Numbered from the stretch's first letter, positions 42,901 to 58,091 are shown. The stretch: 64,000 nucleotides of DNA from Chrysomallon squamiferum (GCA_012295275.1 CM022668.1:1612001-1676000); one strand, 5' to 3'. A program made the numbers and translations. The notes: a model not told the origin generated them from the letters alone.

Positions 42901-45883
42901 GCTGAGCTTGTTTTGTTCAGTCAAACAGAACAGCTGTAATAGTAATAAGAATGTATCTGCATCTTCAGTCTAAAAAATCAATGAAATTATTTTTAAAATA
43001 CACAGACATATGAAAGACATCACATTTTAAAAGAAAAGCAGTGTGCAGAGACAATTTGAGAAGAAAGAAGACTGCAGCATGTGTGATGTGTTTTTCTAAC
43101 ATAGCATGTCTAAAACAGGTGTGTTTCATGTCTTCCAGTATACTCTGATTATATACTCCTGAGCAAAAGTTAATCACCAATCTCAATCAAAAGAAAAAGA
43201 CAGTCAGCATTTTTTTTCTGTTCTTAATTTCTTTTTGTTGTTTTTCTTTTTCTCCTTCTCCTTCTTCTACTTCTTCTTCTTAATTATTTAATAATAATAA
43301 TGACAACAACACTAACACCAACAGCAATAATAATTAGAATAATATGTTCTGAACATTTCTTGTATTACAGTTTCATATGTAATTTATATCACTGTTAAAG
43401 AATTGTAAATACAAACAAAAATTAATAAAAAGATTGCTTAACTTTTGCACAGGAGTTTGAATAATAATGTTTGCTATTTTTACAATTTTGTTTTAGTATA
43501 GTTTTTAATTAATACTAATACATTTATTCTGTTATTATTTAAACATTAATTACTAAATTATAAATTAAAATAATGTTTTTTTTATTTATTTAAATGAAAA
43601 GTACATGAAATAGAAAAATCATAATTTTGCTTTAAAAGAGAGCTAAAGAAGAAAACAAATTTCTAAATTATTAAAATTATTTTTCAAACAATTAACAGTT
43701 TTTCTGTTCACTTCTTAACACTGTTTTATTAACAAATTTCACTTCAGTTCCTTTGCACTTTTAATTTTACAAACACTTCATTCTGCATGCAATGTTTTAA
43801 TTTTTTTTTTTTAATTATTTCCCTTTTCTTAAGTTGTCTCCCTTTAATCTCAGTTCTCTTTGTTTCTCATTTCAGCACACAGATTTCTTGGTTCTTTTTC
43901 TCCTCATTTGGTTTGTTTCTCATGATGCATTCGGTTGCTGCATCCTTTCTCAAAGATTTTGGCTGTACCTTCATCAAGAAAAGTTTTCTGGGCACAAGAC
44001 ATTATGCAAGTGCATCAGCACTTACTGTTTTGCAAAGTAACATGTTCTGGTATAAATGTTTTGGCAGAAGTGTATCTGTAACACATAGATAAATCTATTG
44101 CTGACACAAACATCATACATAATACATAATTAATGATGTAAATGTTTTGCAGGGGTACAAATATTTATAGTGGTACTGAACTGGTAATAAATTAAATAAA
44201 CAAAAACAATTCTTAACTATCCTGTTGCTGGACTGAAAAACAAAAGTTTGAAAATCATCTGTGTGTGGAGGAAGCAGCATGCTGCACAAAATTGATTTTA
44301 ATTTTTTTTTTTTTTACATTTATTTTATCATTACTCTGTAATCTTTGTTTAATGTTTGTTGAAATTTTGTTGTTGTTGCTTTCTTTTTTCTTTTTCTCTT
44401 TAGCTTGTTTTAGAAATAAGTAAAAATATAGTGTACTTACTTGTTTTAGAATTTGATTAAAAATTAATTTTTTCTTGATTTCTTATCAGAATAGGAACAT
44501 TTTTTACAGATTAAAAAGTTTCACAAGTTTTTAGTTTTGTAAGGTTGTTTGAATGATTTCAAATTCTTTTAAAAGAAAAGTATATAAATAATTATAATAA
44601 AATAATAATTTAAGCTATTTTATCATAAAAAGTATAACTATTTTTATCTAAAGTTATTGATCAGTAAGAAAATATAATTTTGAAGTAAGAAACAAGGGAA
44701 ATGTATTTTTGTCATTAATGCTGAACCAGTGGTTATCATCAGTTTCATCTTTCATACAAAATATATTTAAAATATTTAGAAAAATGGAGAAAAAAATAAA
44801 TTTGTTAAGCTGCCTAAAATAGTTACTTTGTTTTGTTTGTATATAAGATGTATGTACTAAAATTAAACTCTTAAATTAAATGAATGTGTATTCTGTTTGA
44901 AATTATTCATATTTTTAACCAATAAAAGAAATAAGTACACCATTTTATTATTTTTATCTCAGCAAATTAGAAAAAAATGATTTCAAAGCAAATATATCTT
45001 TTTTATATAATTAAAAAATAACTTTATTACAAAGTACTTGTCCCTTTATTTTAAGAGTTTACAGTAAAGTAATTTTGTTTGTTGAATAATAGCTGTTCTT
45101 CACAGGCCTGATATTTACATACTCTTACTAGCATTATCCTTTGTCATTGTCAGTTTTATTGTTATGATGAAATAAAATATTTGTGATTCAAATAAAGTAT
45201 AAATAATTCAAAAATTTCTTCTAGTAATGCAAAAGAGCTGCAGCTAAAAACCTCTTTGTTAGATTTGTTTTTGTTAAAGTTATTATGAAATTTGTACTTT
45301 TTGATTTGTAAACATTATGTTTCTGTTTATGAATTTTATTTTTATTATTAATTTCACACTTTTTTGTATATAATATTTATGTCATATTTATGATATTATA
45401 ATTTTTATTATTAATTAGTAATTTACATAATACGTAAGAAAAAAGTTAAACGTGATATATGTATTATATGTAAATATGTAGACTAGTGTGAATCTACAGG
45501 TATATTTGTACTGGTGTATGCCATGCATGACAATGTAGATGTAATCAGTTGTAATAATCTATGAAGTATGTATAATATATAGTAAGGTGAATATGTCTTG
45601 TAAAACTGTGTATTTAATATGATGACAGACAGTGTAATACAAGTATATATTAAATATCTGGTGAAGCTATGTATATCTTTTCAAACTGTATTATAAATGT
45701 TTTAATTGTACATTATTACAATGTTGTGAATACACTTACAAAATCTGTTCGCTTCAGTGATACATATAACTTTCCTGCAGTTTGTATAAAAATGTATTTA
45801 TAAATTTTTCTTTTTTTTCTTTCTTCTTTGTGAATGTATATTACTATTAGTATCACTATTACTATTATTATTATTATTATTAC

Positions 45884-45920
<37 letters not shown>

Positions 45921-47611
45921 GTTGTTTTTTTTTATGTTCTTTTTAAAATTTAAATGTACAGATACAGCTATAATGTTTTATATAATTTTAATATAAAATA
46001 ATGTACCTAAATGATGATTTGTCAAAAATTTATAATACTGCTAAAAGCATTATCTATAATAGTGAAAATGCTGTTTGATCTCAACTGATGTCAGTATTCA
46101 ATTAAGACATCTTTGAATTAAATAATATTAGAAGATTTTAAAATTTTAATTAAAACTGTGAACTTTGAAATAAGAACAAAAAATTGTATAAAAATATAAT
46201 GCTTTGACAAAGAATTAAATACTGTAATATTATAAAATATAGTTGACAACCTAATATCCAACAGCAGAATACTGCTGCCTGTCTCCATGGTGATTTGATC
46301 CCCAGACACACTAACACAGAGCAAGCATGACTTACAAGATGTGTAATATTTTGTCAGTAGTCAAGTAATACCCCATTAGTAATGTATATTGTTATAAGTG
46401 TTGAATAAAAAACATATTATTACATGTTTTTAGTTATATTATATCTGTAAAAAGAGTTAAAAGTATTTAAATCAGCATGTTAATTCAGACAAACAGCTTT
46501 TCTTGCAGAAAGACTGAAAAGTTTGTATGTTTAATCTGTGCTGCTCTGTGGTGTACATTTGTGTACTTGTTGAAAGTGTAAAGTTTTATTAACGTGGTGT
46601 AAAACAACTAGTAGGTATTTCTGTGTGTTAAGTGCAATATGACATGGTGCTATAGAAATCAACTGATTTGCATATTTTGATTGCTGCTGACAGGACACTC
46701 AACTTGTTGTTGCTAGGCAATAAAGAATATTTTTGAAAGTTTTATTGTGTTTTCTTTTTTATTTTATTCATTTAAAATAATATTACCAAAACTGATTTAC
46801 TAAGTTTTTTGTTTTTTTCTTCTGTTCTAGTATTTCTGTTTTGTTTGTTTCTTGTTGGGGTTTGTTTGACATTTGATTATCTCAGTTGTAAGTATCTCTA
46901 TAGACTCAGCTTATTAAAGCTTTTACAACTTTAGATGTTTATCTTATTTAATTTAGTAACGATATAAATGTTTGTGTATTTCATTTTTAATTTTAAATAG
47001 ACACAATTAGTGTAATTAATTAATAAAAAGGGATTTAAGACAACTGATTGGAGTCTATTTTTGATTATTATTATTTTTTTTTTCAATATTATATAAATTC
47101 ATTATTGTTAAATATTGTTGAAAATGTTAATTTTATATGTCCAGATTTTGTATTGATTATATATATATATATATATATATATTTATTTTTCTTAATTCTT
47201 GTTACATGTTTTCCATTTTTCTTCAGTGATTCTTGTTAAAACACTCAAAATGTCTAAATGTTTTTTGTGACTTTTGTTTCTGAAATTCTTTTTCTAATTT
47301 TTTTTTTTTAGTTTGTTATTTATTAGAAGGAGAGTTAGTAATTGTGAACTTTTATGTTGTGGACAGACACGTATAATCTGTGTAAGTAAATATTTATATC
47401 TGTAAGACAAACACTGGTGACCTGATACTCAGTCTATTTTGAAGTTTGACATTTGTAATATTAACTGTACTCAGTCTTTTAAGCCTGTTTTGGGAACCTT
47501 GTCATTTTACTAAATTACTATTGTGAAAATATAATATTTTAACAGTATATTAAAATAACAAAGCAATAATTAATAAATTAAAACAAAGACATACATATAT
47601 ATCTATATCTA

Positions 47612-47642
<31 letters not shown>

Positions 47643-47671
47643 ATATATACATATACATATACATACATAAA

Positions 47672-47705
<34 letters not shown>

Positions 47706-48485
47706 ATGTTGAAGACTCTCTCTGAGACTTGAGCTCAGTAATCATGATGTTATAAATATATTTATTTAATATGCAGTACATTTTGACAAATTCTCCAAAT
47801 TTGTTTATTTCCAAATATATAGTATGTTTTTGTATATTTAAGTAAAATCCTTTAAGCTTTTTTTTTTATTATTTTTTTTTTTTTGTATTAATTATTTTTG
47901 TTCTTGCTGTGGCTGTGCTATGCAGCTAGACTTGTCTGTATGTCTGTGTTTGTTTCTGACATACGAGAAATCAGTTTGAACGCAGCATGCTGTCATGCCT
48001 GTTTGAAGAAAACAAATACTGTTAACTGCTCCAGCTATTACTGTGCATGCATAAAAACAGAGAATATAGATGTAAGTAATTACAGCTATGATACTAATTG
48101 AGATAGGTTTCTGTGATCATTATAACATCAGACATGGGCTAAAAGAAACTCTGGCAGGAGACCAGTTTTGGTACCATAAATAGAATGGCCTATAATTACA
48201 AGTCATATTTGCAAATTTCCCACATGGTTTCAAAGCCTGCTTGTATGAAACAAACTAATAGAAATAAGTGTATAATTAGAAAAGAAATCATGATGTTCCT
48301 TTTATGTTCCTGTATCAGATGCTGTAGGTTTGGAATGTCAGAACAAATAATGTGATAGACTGGTTTTTTAATACAAGTTGACAGTTTCCAGAAATCTTTC
48401 AGCTTTGAGTTCTGTCTCTCTGAAATTTATCTGTCTTTAAAACCTCCATTTCATTTAAATAATGGTATACTTGAAGTGTGTGTGC

Positions 48486-48527
<42 letters not shown>

Positions 48528-49443
48528 TACATACATACATATATATTTATATACACACACACACGTACGTACATACATACATGTATACATACATACACAA
48601 ACACACATGCACACACACAAACACATCTACAAATATATGTATAAATATATACATACATGTATAGATTTCACATTTATGCACTAGTACACTGAAATAGCTA
48701 TTTCAGTTTGAACTGTATCCATTAGAACCTTTCACTTTTATATTTATCACAAACTATATATAACCACATTCATCAAACAAATTGATGATGTATCAGAGTT
48801 TGGCACACTCGCTCCTGGTGTAATGTGTAATTATATCAGCCTGTTCCATCTGCTACCTCCGACTGCAAACTGACTTACTTCTCTCCCTGTTTGGACACAC
48901 ATCAGTTATTTTTACTTTCCCTGTCTGAGTATCTTCATGTAAGTAAAACATGAAACTCTCTAAACATGACAAAGAGCTGCAGATTAAAGAACTGAACAAC
49001 AACTGGGGATCAGTATTAAAATGATGGACGCGAAGAAAATTAGTAAAAAAATTCTCTATTTTTTTTATAATTCTGAAAATGTTATCCTGTATGTGTCAAG
49101 CAGACTAAGACAGGCTTTGATGTTTCAACAAATTTTATGAGAAGATTTTGTGACAGCTGCAGCTGAACATCAAAGGAAAAAGGTGAGTTTTGTTGTTGTT
49201 TGTGGCCTGTCAGTTGATCATTATAACTAATATTTATTAAAGGTTTGAAAAAATAAGTACTGCACAAAAAGTTTAATGTTATGTTAGATTATTCTATGTG
49301 TTTAAAGTGAAATTTCTATAGTAAAGTTATTTAAGGTCATGAAAATATTTTCAATTTTTGATTACAGGATGAGAAATAAAGGTGGTTTCTCACTTGAAAT
49401 GCAAATTATAATAATATTATTATTACTATTATTTTTATTATTA

Positions 49444-49484
<41 letters not shown>

Positions 49485-49538
49485 TATTTTATTATTACTA
49501 TTATTTCTATTATTTTATTTTTATTATTATAATTAATA

Positions 49539-49579
<41 letters not shown>

Positions 49580-50000
49580 TTTATCTTAAATGGCTAATCT
49601 ATTTTTATATATACATATTTCAAACATAAACATAGTGTTTGTCTTTTGACCATTGAGTATTTTTTTGTTATTTATCTTGAAATTAGCACAACACTCACAT
49701 ACTATTGTAAATGATATTGACATTTTGGTTTCTCCATGTTGAGACCTTGGAATCTTCAGTCTGTAAAGAATATTTGTCAGACTTAAATAATGACGCTAAC
49801 AATTGGATAGATTTGTACTGACTACTCTGTGGTTAGCTGATGCTGTCCAGAATACTCCAGATGGAGCTCTGGATCATCTCCATGCAGTAAATAACTCAAA
49901 TTACAAAAGTTATAATTCATAAAACGGAAACCTCTGACATGCTGGATGGGTATCGGTATTGTTTCATAAAATAAAGTAATAATGCCTTAATGATTTACAG

Positions 50001-50001
<1 letters not shown>

Positions 50002-50094
<93 letters not shown>

Positions 50095-50225
50095 GTGTGT
50101 TTGTATGTGTGTGTGTGTGTGTGTGCATGTGTGGGTATGTGGCTGTGTGTGTGTGTGTGTGTGCATGTGTGTGTATGAATGAAGGAATGTACATATGTGT
50201 GTGCATGCATGCATGTGTGTATGTG
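50002..50225. repeat. (GT)n microsatellite, pure then degenerate
   Basis: Longest GT/CA run in the window. Others at ~7170, 7957, 9243, 14411, 26603, 29841, 30975 and 55767. Confidence 0.98.
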
Positions 50226-50754
50226 TATCTGCTCAGTGTTATTTGGAAATGTTAACGAAATATCAGTATTTGATTTCTGAGCATTTACATTTACATCTTA
50301 ATAGTAATTTAATTTGAGTAATTAAAAATAAATTTTACTTACATTATTTAAAATATGAACATCATATTTGGTGAGTTCCAGGGACTCTAATAAAATACTG
50401 AATATTTACACATTATAATTCCTGAGAAAAAGTTCAGAGCCACCACCACACATTTCTGAAAATTACTAATTAAATCCTGGAACACACTTCCCACTATAAC
50501 ACGGACTTCACGATGGTTTATCAGAACATTCTAATTAGATGGCAGAGCTTTGTAATTGAAAATCAGTACTTTGTTATTTCCATCGCAAGTTAATGAAAGC
50601 TTCGTGTGGAACTCGCACAGCTTAATCACTCTGATGAAGAGAAATGATAATTTTCTTCGTGATAATGATGTTATGTTGTTCCTGCTGCCTGAGAATCATC
50701 AATCATTTAGTGGACTGGAAAAATACATTATCACATGTTTCCAGTAAAAATATT

Positions 50755-51018
50755 AAAATAATAATGATAATGATAATAATAATAATAACAATAATAATAA
50801 TAATAATAATGATCATTATAATAATAACAACAATAGTAATAATAATAAAATAATAATAACAATAATAATAATGATAATAATAATAATAATAATAACAATA
50901 ATAATATTAATGATAATAATAATAATAAAACAAAATAAAGTAAATAGAAATTTAAAAATGTATGAATAACATTTAACAACTTAGCTTGTTTTGATTTTAA
51001 TAATTATTACATGACAAA

Positions 51019-51085
<67 letters not shown>
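50755..51085. repeat. (AAT)n tract followed by (ATT)n tract
   Basis: Directly visible. Other AAT/ATT tracts at ~680, 1830, 4617, 45860 and 49410. Confidence 0.9.
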
Positions 51086-53712
51086 TTATTTTTATTATAA
51101 TGGCTAATGCTGATTTGAATTTAATAATTATTACATGATAAAATTATGATAGATTATTATTATTATTATTAATTGTTCTGGTACATTGATATTATGTAAA
51201 AAGAAAAAAATTCACTGTGGTTTATTCTTACCAAGCAATAAATGTCTAATTTGCACCAGCTTTCAAACCTCTAGAATACAGCTTTCTCTTCCATTAATCT
51301 GCATAGAAATGTCTTAAAAAATATATAATAAAAAATAAATTCCTTTCGAGAAATTGATTTTTTAGTATTGTTGTTGCTGCTGAATTTTGTTAATGTTGTT
51401 GTTGTTCAGTTCTAGTACAACTGCTGTTATTGAAATTTGTTGTTATTATTATAGATTTTTAATATTATTTTTGTTGTTCTGTTTTAGTCTGATTGTTTAG
51501 TTTTAATACTGTTTTGTTGTTATAGAGTTTTAAAATTACTGTAGCTGTAGAATTTGTGTATGATTGGAGTTTCAGTGATATTGTTTCACTGTTGCTTTGA
51601 ATGAAGTTTAATGTTTTCATCTTTCAGGGGTTTTTTTGTTGTGAGATTTTTTTTGTTATTTTTATCAGTTTTTATCTAGAAGCAGGAACACAGGTGTGTA
51701 AAATAAGTAACAAGACGAGTAAAGTCTTCAGATAACCTGGTCCTGGTTTAAAGCATCACTGTGACATTTGAAAACAAACTCACTGTGATAGGGTAGCAGG
51801 AGGGGATGTTTTCCATGATCTTCTGTAGATAGAGTTTATCAGTCACAGAGCATTGGTTAGAATAGGAAATGTTAGCTGGTTGATAGACTGGTTTATCCTT
51901 GCAAGATCTGCTGAAATGAAGAAAATATCCCTGAGAAATGTAAGCTGAATATTTAAAAAAGAATGAAACTAGGTGAGGTGTGAAAAGTCAGGTAATGAAC
52001 CACAGAAAAATGATGGGTGTTGATAGAAGATTGAAAAATAAACATTTACAGACACACAGACAAACACACAGAGAGACACAGTCACAAACCCACACATGTA
52101 TAGACAGACACACAGATACACACACACACACAGACACACAGACAAACACACAGAGAGACAGAGTCACAAACCCACACATATATAGACAGACATACAGATA
52201 CACACACACATATATACAGATACACAGAGATGCAGACACATACACATACACACAGACATACACACACAGAAACAGACTATTCATTATAGTACTTTTATTA
52301 TATTTCACACTTTTATTATATAATATAAAAGGTATTTTAAATAAAAATTAACAAATTTAAAGATAATAAAATAAAATTTAGAGAAAAATTGATTGTGTGT
52401 TTATAACTGATTTTCGTTAATGAATATAGTTAGTACTTGAATTCATCTTTTTGTTACTTTGCTGTTTTTCACAAACAGTTAATAGTGAATGTATTTAATT
52501 GTTGTTTATATGTGTAAAATTTCAGTTGTTACTCTTTCTATTATAATTAATGTTCTGATTTTTTAATTTTTTTATTTTACACTCTTCTTTCTTTTTGTTT
52601 TTCTTTCTTATATTATTATTATGATTATTATTATTATAATTATTATTATCATCATCATTAATTAATTAATTTATTGTGTTTTAGTCTCATTTTAATTTAA
52701 TATATTTTATTTCATTATATTTTATTTTATTTTTATTTATTATTTTTTTATTATTATTTTTATTTATTTGTTTTCTTTATTATTTATTTATTTATTTAAA
52801 TGATCTTACTTGATTTTTTTTTTTTTTTTATCATCACAACATCAACAACTAAGTGAACAAAATCCAATTTAACAGCAAAGGTCAAATGACCTATATCTAC
52901 CTTCAGGTCAGTTTACTTAGTAAAAGGAGCTTCATCTCCACTTTCACCTGTAATTTTATACCTACCTGTGACTTACCTGTATACTAACTTTTATTACTCT
53001 CATTTTTAATTACCATGGTGACACTCAAAGTTTACATTAGCAAGGATTTTAGGCAGAGAATACCTGTGATGATCTAATTAGAGATTCAGGTGGTGTTTAG
53101 TTGATGGAATATCAAAGTGTTTACAATGTATTACATAGTCACTAGTACAGGTGTGAAACCAGTCACTGTGCTTCACAGAAACAGTTACCATAGAAACCGT
53201 AAGTTTTTAAATGTACGACATTCTTTTCTTTTAGTTTTTTCCCTGTGACTTTGTAGTCAGTACTTAGTTAAATTGTGTAATATACATCTAAAGACATTTG
53301 CCTTTCAGTTGACATTTCCAAATTCAAATAAGAGAAAAAAACCAATGAATAATTAATTTTCATTATTTTTATTTTTGATATGTATATCTTTGGTGTTATT
53401 TACATTTTTTAATTTTTTTTTCCTCTTTATAGTCTTTGCATGTTTGATTATTCTGGGTTTTTTTTTTTTTTTTCTGTTGTTAAACCTATTTTATTTTTTT
53501 TAATTTAATTATATATTTAATTTTGTTTTTCTCTCTGATTGGGTTGGTTTTTTTTGTGTTTTTTAAAATTTATTTAAATGCATATTTCTTCTTTTCCTCT
53601 TTTTTTCTTACTTATGTTTTTATTGTTTTGTTGTTATAAATTCAACATAAAAATAATTCTGTTCCTAGAAAGTGAAAGTCTGGAAACACAGACAGGAAAA
53701 CCTTTTTTGATC

Positions 53713-54080
53713 AATATGTTTAGATAGTACTAGAGTTGATTGATTTGTAGTTGACAATGTTTAGATAGTACTAGAGTTGATTTGTAGTTAAAATGTTTAG
53801 ATAGTACTGAAAATGTTTAGATAGTACTAGAGTTTATTTGTAGGTGAAAATGTTTAGATAGTACTAGTACTGATTTGTAGGTGACAATGTTTAGATAATG
53901 CTAAAGTTAATTTGTAGGTGACAATGTTTAGATAGTGCTAAAGTTAATTTGTAGGTGAAAATGTTTAGATAGTACTAGAGTTAATTTGTAGGTGAAAATG
54001 TTTAGATAGTGCTAGAGTTAATTTGTAGGTGAAAATGTTTAGATACTAGTACTGATGTGTAGGTGAATGTTTTAGACAGT
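53713..54080 (+). repeat. 37-bp minisatellite AATGTTTAGATAGTACTAGAGTTAATTTGTAGGTGAA, ~10 copies
   Basis: Directly visible, period 37. Confidence 0.9.
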
Positions 54081-55763
54081 ATGAGATTTGCTGGTGAAAA
54101 TCAGAGAGAGTTTGTATTTGAGAGAAAGTCACATATAACACATGTGTGATACATTCTGTACACACCAGCAGACTGTCACCCACTGTTTGCACTGTACACA
54201 GTCACAGAGCTGTCTGTCACAGGGGTGGAGAGAGGTTTGCTTCATGACTAAACTCTCACACATACTTTTACAAGAATGGTCACTATTTCACATTGTAAAC
54301 AAAATCTATAATTTGATTAAATTAGGTAAAATGTAGGATATAAGCAAATACAAAACTGACATACTGAAATTATAATTACTGACAGACAGACAGTAAATGT
54401 ATATAAGTAAGAAAATAAATTAAAAAGAGTAACTAAAACATTAATTATAATTAATTTATAACAGATTGATTGAGTTTTTTATTTTGTTGTTTATCAAACT
54501 ATATAGTTTGAACTTTAAAAAATAATAATTTTTAAACTACTTGTCTGTCTACATTCTTTTTTCTTTTTTTTTTATTATTTTATATTAAAAGTATATAAAA
54601 CAAAAAAGAAACAACAAAACAAAGCAAAATAAAAAACTACCATAATTCCACAATATATATATATATTTTTTGTAATTCTATAATTATTTATAATTTGTTT
54701 TATTTACACTACAGAGACTATTTGTTATAGCTATATAATACAGTGTAAAACAACTGTTTCTAGTAGTTATATAATACTATGTGATACATAAAATATATTA
54801 ATGACTATGTATTACATACATAGGATTATTACATTCTTATTTGCAGCTGTAAGGGTTTACCAGGATTGTTCTCCTCTGCTAAGGTTCAAATATCATCCTG
54901 AGAACATAGACAGTCTGATCAGACTAGTGTCAAATATACAGAAGTCTTTCACCTTCCTGTGTAGACAGGTGTAAAACACAGCATATCAGATATCACTGAT
55001 ATATAACCTTACACAACACATATCTATACCACCTGCAGACAAACACGTAGAGACATAACCTGCTAACAAATACATACCATAAATCAGTGACATGTTTAAT
55101 AACAATAATAATATTTATTATATATGATAATAATAATAATCTTGTTGATGATGATGATGATAATGACCTCTGTTATAACATCAAACTTCTATAAAAATAT
55201 AACAATTGTTTTAACAATGTCTGTAAATTAAAATCATAACTTTTTTCTTTTTAACAATACCTATTTAATAAAAAAAAATAATAATTTAACAAAAAATAAA
55301 AACAGGACTGAGAAGGTTTGTTATCTGTATATTCAACATTTAGAAATGCACTTTACCTGAAGCAGAAAGAGAAAGTAGGTAAAAATGAAAACAATTTAAC
55401 ACTTCACACTCACTTACACTGTGTTTGTGAAAACTGATACATAGTCAATATCAGCTTTATCCTGGGAAGGTAAGAATGGCTGAATTCAGCGAGGCTGTTC
55501 CGAGCTGCACTCAACATTCAACTTCAGCCGAATAAAGCTGATAAGAGAGTAATTAGTTATTTCTGTGGTCATGCTATCCTAGATAATACAAAACTAACTG
55601 ATGTTTATCAACTTACCACTCTCAATAGATTCACTTATTTTGTTGATAACGAAACAAAAAACAAAAATAGTTCTTAAATAACAACAATTTATTTTAATTT
55701 TAATTAATACTGTTTTAAAAATGGTCTTTTAACATTTAATTAAACATTAATTATAAACATGTA

Positions 55764-55804
<41 letters not shown>

Positions 55805-56857
55805 GATAAGTAAGTTATTGAAGAAAATAAGTTCCATCAAATTTTTTTAGAAACTACATACACTGATAGCAGGATATATTATATTTCACATGTATTCTAC
55901 ATGTATTCTGTCTGATATTTAATATCTTTATCTGATAGGTTATGTCATTTAATTTAATACATTTATTACTGAACAATCTGGATAAATTATAATGGTCAGG
56001 GTTTGGACTGGGTAAGTTTAATATTTGATAATCTAAATAATTTACATGTGTTATAACAGTGAGGTTAAATTTGGTTAAGTTTAATATATTTATTTGATAT
56101 TTGACATAATTTGTTTGTTTTATAACAGTGAGTTTAAACTGAGTAAGTTTTAGAGAACTGTTGATAAGACACTGATGTTACTGTGTGCTATCTGCCAGGC
56201 TAAAGTTACATTATTTATATAAAGATGTTTAATAATGTTATACAGATATCATACAGCAAATCAATACACACTAAGCTATACATTTTTAATTTTCTTATCA
56301 ATCTAAACAGTTTTTGTATTATGTCCAACCATAATTATAAAAAAAAAATTAAATTTAAATAGTTCTTATCTTTTGTACAACAGAGAAATATAAATTATCA
56401 AACTGATTTTACATAATAATAAAGTTAATATTAAAAATGTGGGTGTTTGTCAACAGACAGATGTATAATATCAAATATGTATAATATCAAAGATATGTGT
56501 AAAAAAACAAAGAAATATAAAAAACTGTTTGTGATAAACTAGCTGTAAATAAGTTCAGTGAGAATTGATCCTGAAACCCACAGTGCATTAGACAAATTTC
56601 TTGATCACACATTGTTTTTGTTGTTTGAAAGGTGGTAAAACAGCAGTGTAATGTAAGTTGTTATCTCTGTTCATGTGATTCACACAGGGAATGTTACTAA
56701 TTAGTTTGTGTGTGTCTCTCTACAGCAACATTTTTACGGTTGTGTATTACATCTTTGTTTAGAAGTCAGGTCTAAGTGAGAAATATTTTCTTTTGTGAGA
56801 AGATGCCAACACTAAGACAATGAGTAATAACAGGCGAACCCAATACACTTCATGGCA

Positions 56858-57716
56858 TATTACCAGACAAAACACTTTATGATACAGAAGTGAAGTAACA
56901 TATGTAGTTATACAGAGGACTGCCACTATTTGTGAGTTCATACATTTCATTACCAGACAAAATATGTTATGATACAGAAGTGAAGTAACATATGTAGTTA
57001 TACAGAGGACTGCCACTATTTGTGAGTTCATACATTTCATTACCAGACAAAATATGTTATGATACAGAAGTGAAGTAGCATATGTAGTGATAGAGAGGAC
57101 TGCCACTAAAGGTGTGTGCATACTGTTTTCAGACCAAAATACATAATGATTCAGAAGTGAAGTGACATATGTACATATAGAGAGGACTGCCACTAAAGGT
57201 GTTCATACTGTTCATGTCATATTACCAGACAAAATACATTATAATACAGAAGTGAAGTAACATATGTAGTTATACAGAGGACTGCTACTACAGGTGTTCA
57301 TACATTTCATTACCAGACAAAACACATTATGATACAGAAGTAAAGTAACATATGTAGTTATATAGAGGACTGGCTCTAAAGGTGTGTTCATTCTGTTCAT
57401 TCTGTTCATTATCAAACAAGTACATTATGATGCAGAAGTGAAGTAATGTAGTTATACAGAGGACTGCCAATAAAAGGTGTCTTCATACTGTTCGTGTCAT
57501 ATTACCAAAGAAAGATCATTATTCTACAACAGTGACATAACATGTAGTAATACAGAGGACCACCACTAAAGATGTTTTCATATTGCATGTCATATTACCA
57601 AAGTATAGCATGACACAAGAGTGAAGTAACTGTCATTAAAGGTGCATTGATACTGCTCATGTTATAAACCAAACAGATAACATTATGAAGTGAAATAACA
57701 CATATAGTAATACAGA
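56858..57716 (+). repeat. ~90-bp tandem repeat, ~9 copies decaying rightwards
   Basis: GATACAGAAGTGAAGTA at 56881, 56971 and 57061 (period 90); later copies diverge progressively. Confidence 0.9.
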
Positions 57717-57993
57717 GTGCTGCTCATATTTTATTATTTATTTAACATTTCCCAGCTGATTATAAAAATTGACTGTTGGAAACAGAAATTTTTGTATTTA
57801 TGTGTGATAAAAATTTATGTCCTCTTGAATTATAATCTTCTCATTTATTCATTTCGTAACAGACATTCACTAATACACAGAGATGAGATACATAATCTGT
57901 CTGATGAAAACTATTATGTACATTTTAACGTTTTAACTGATAATCATTTCAAACTTAATTTATTTGTGTCTGTATATCTGTGTATATGTGTGT

Positions 57994-58038
<45 letters not shown>

Positions 58039-58091
58039 TATTTTATTTATTATCTCTGCTTGTTTTTTTTTGTGTTTTTATTTTTTGTTCT

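Noticed and set aside
49826-49842. TGTGGTTAGCTG partial match to miR-34 (and TTTTGATTGCTGCT at ~46675 to miR-315)
   Set aside because: Seed or 3' portions mismatch, and there is no precursor hairpin.
50625-50655. CTGATGA-AGA-GAAA hammerhead ribozyme-like core (similar at ~8696)
   Set aside because: There is no room or complementarity for stem II, and I found no stems I or III.
56759-57193. 144-aa minus-strand ORF with 30-aa repeats
   Set aside because: It arises because the 90-bp unit is a multiple of 3. It has a non-ATG start, and neighbouring units break the frame.
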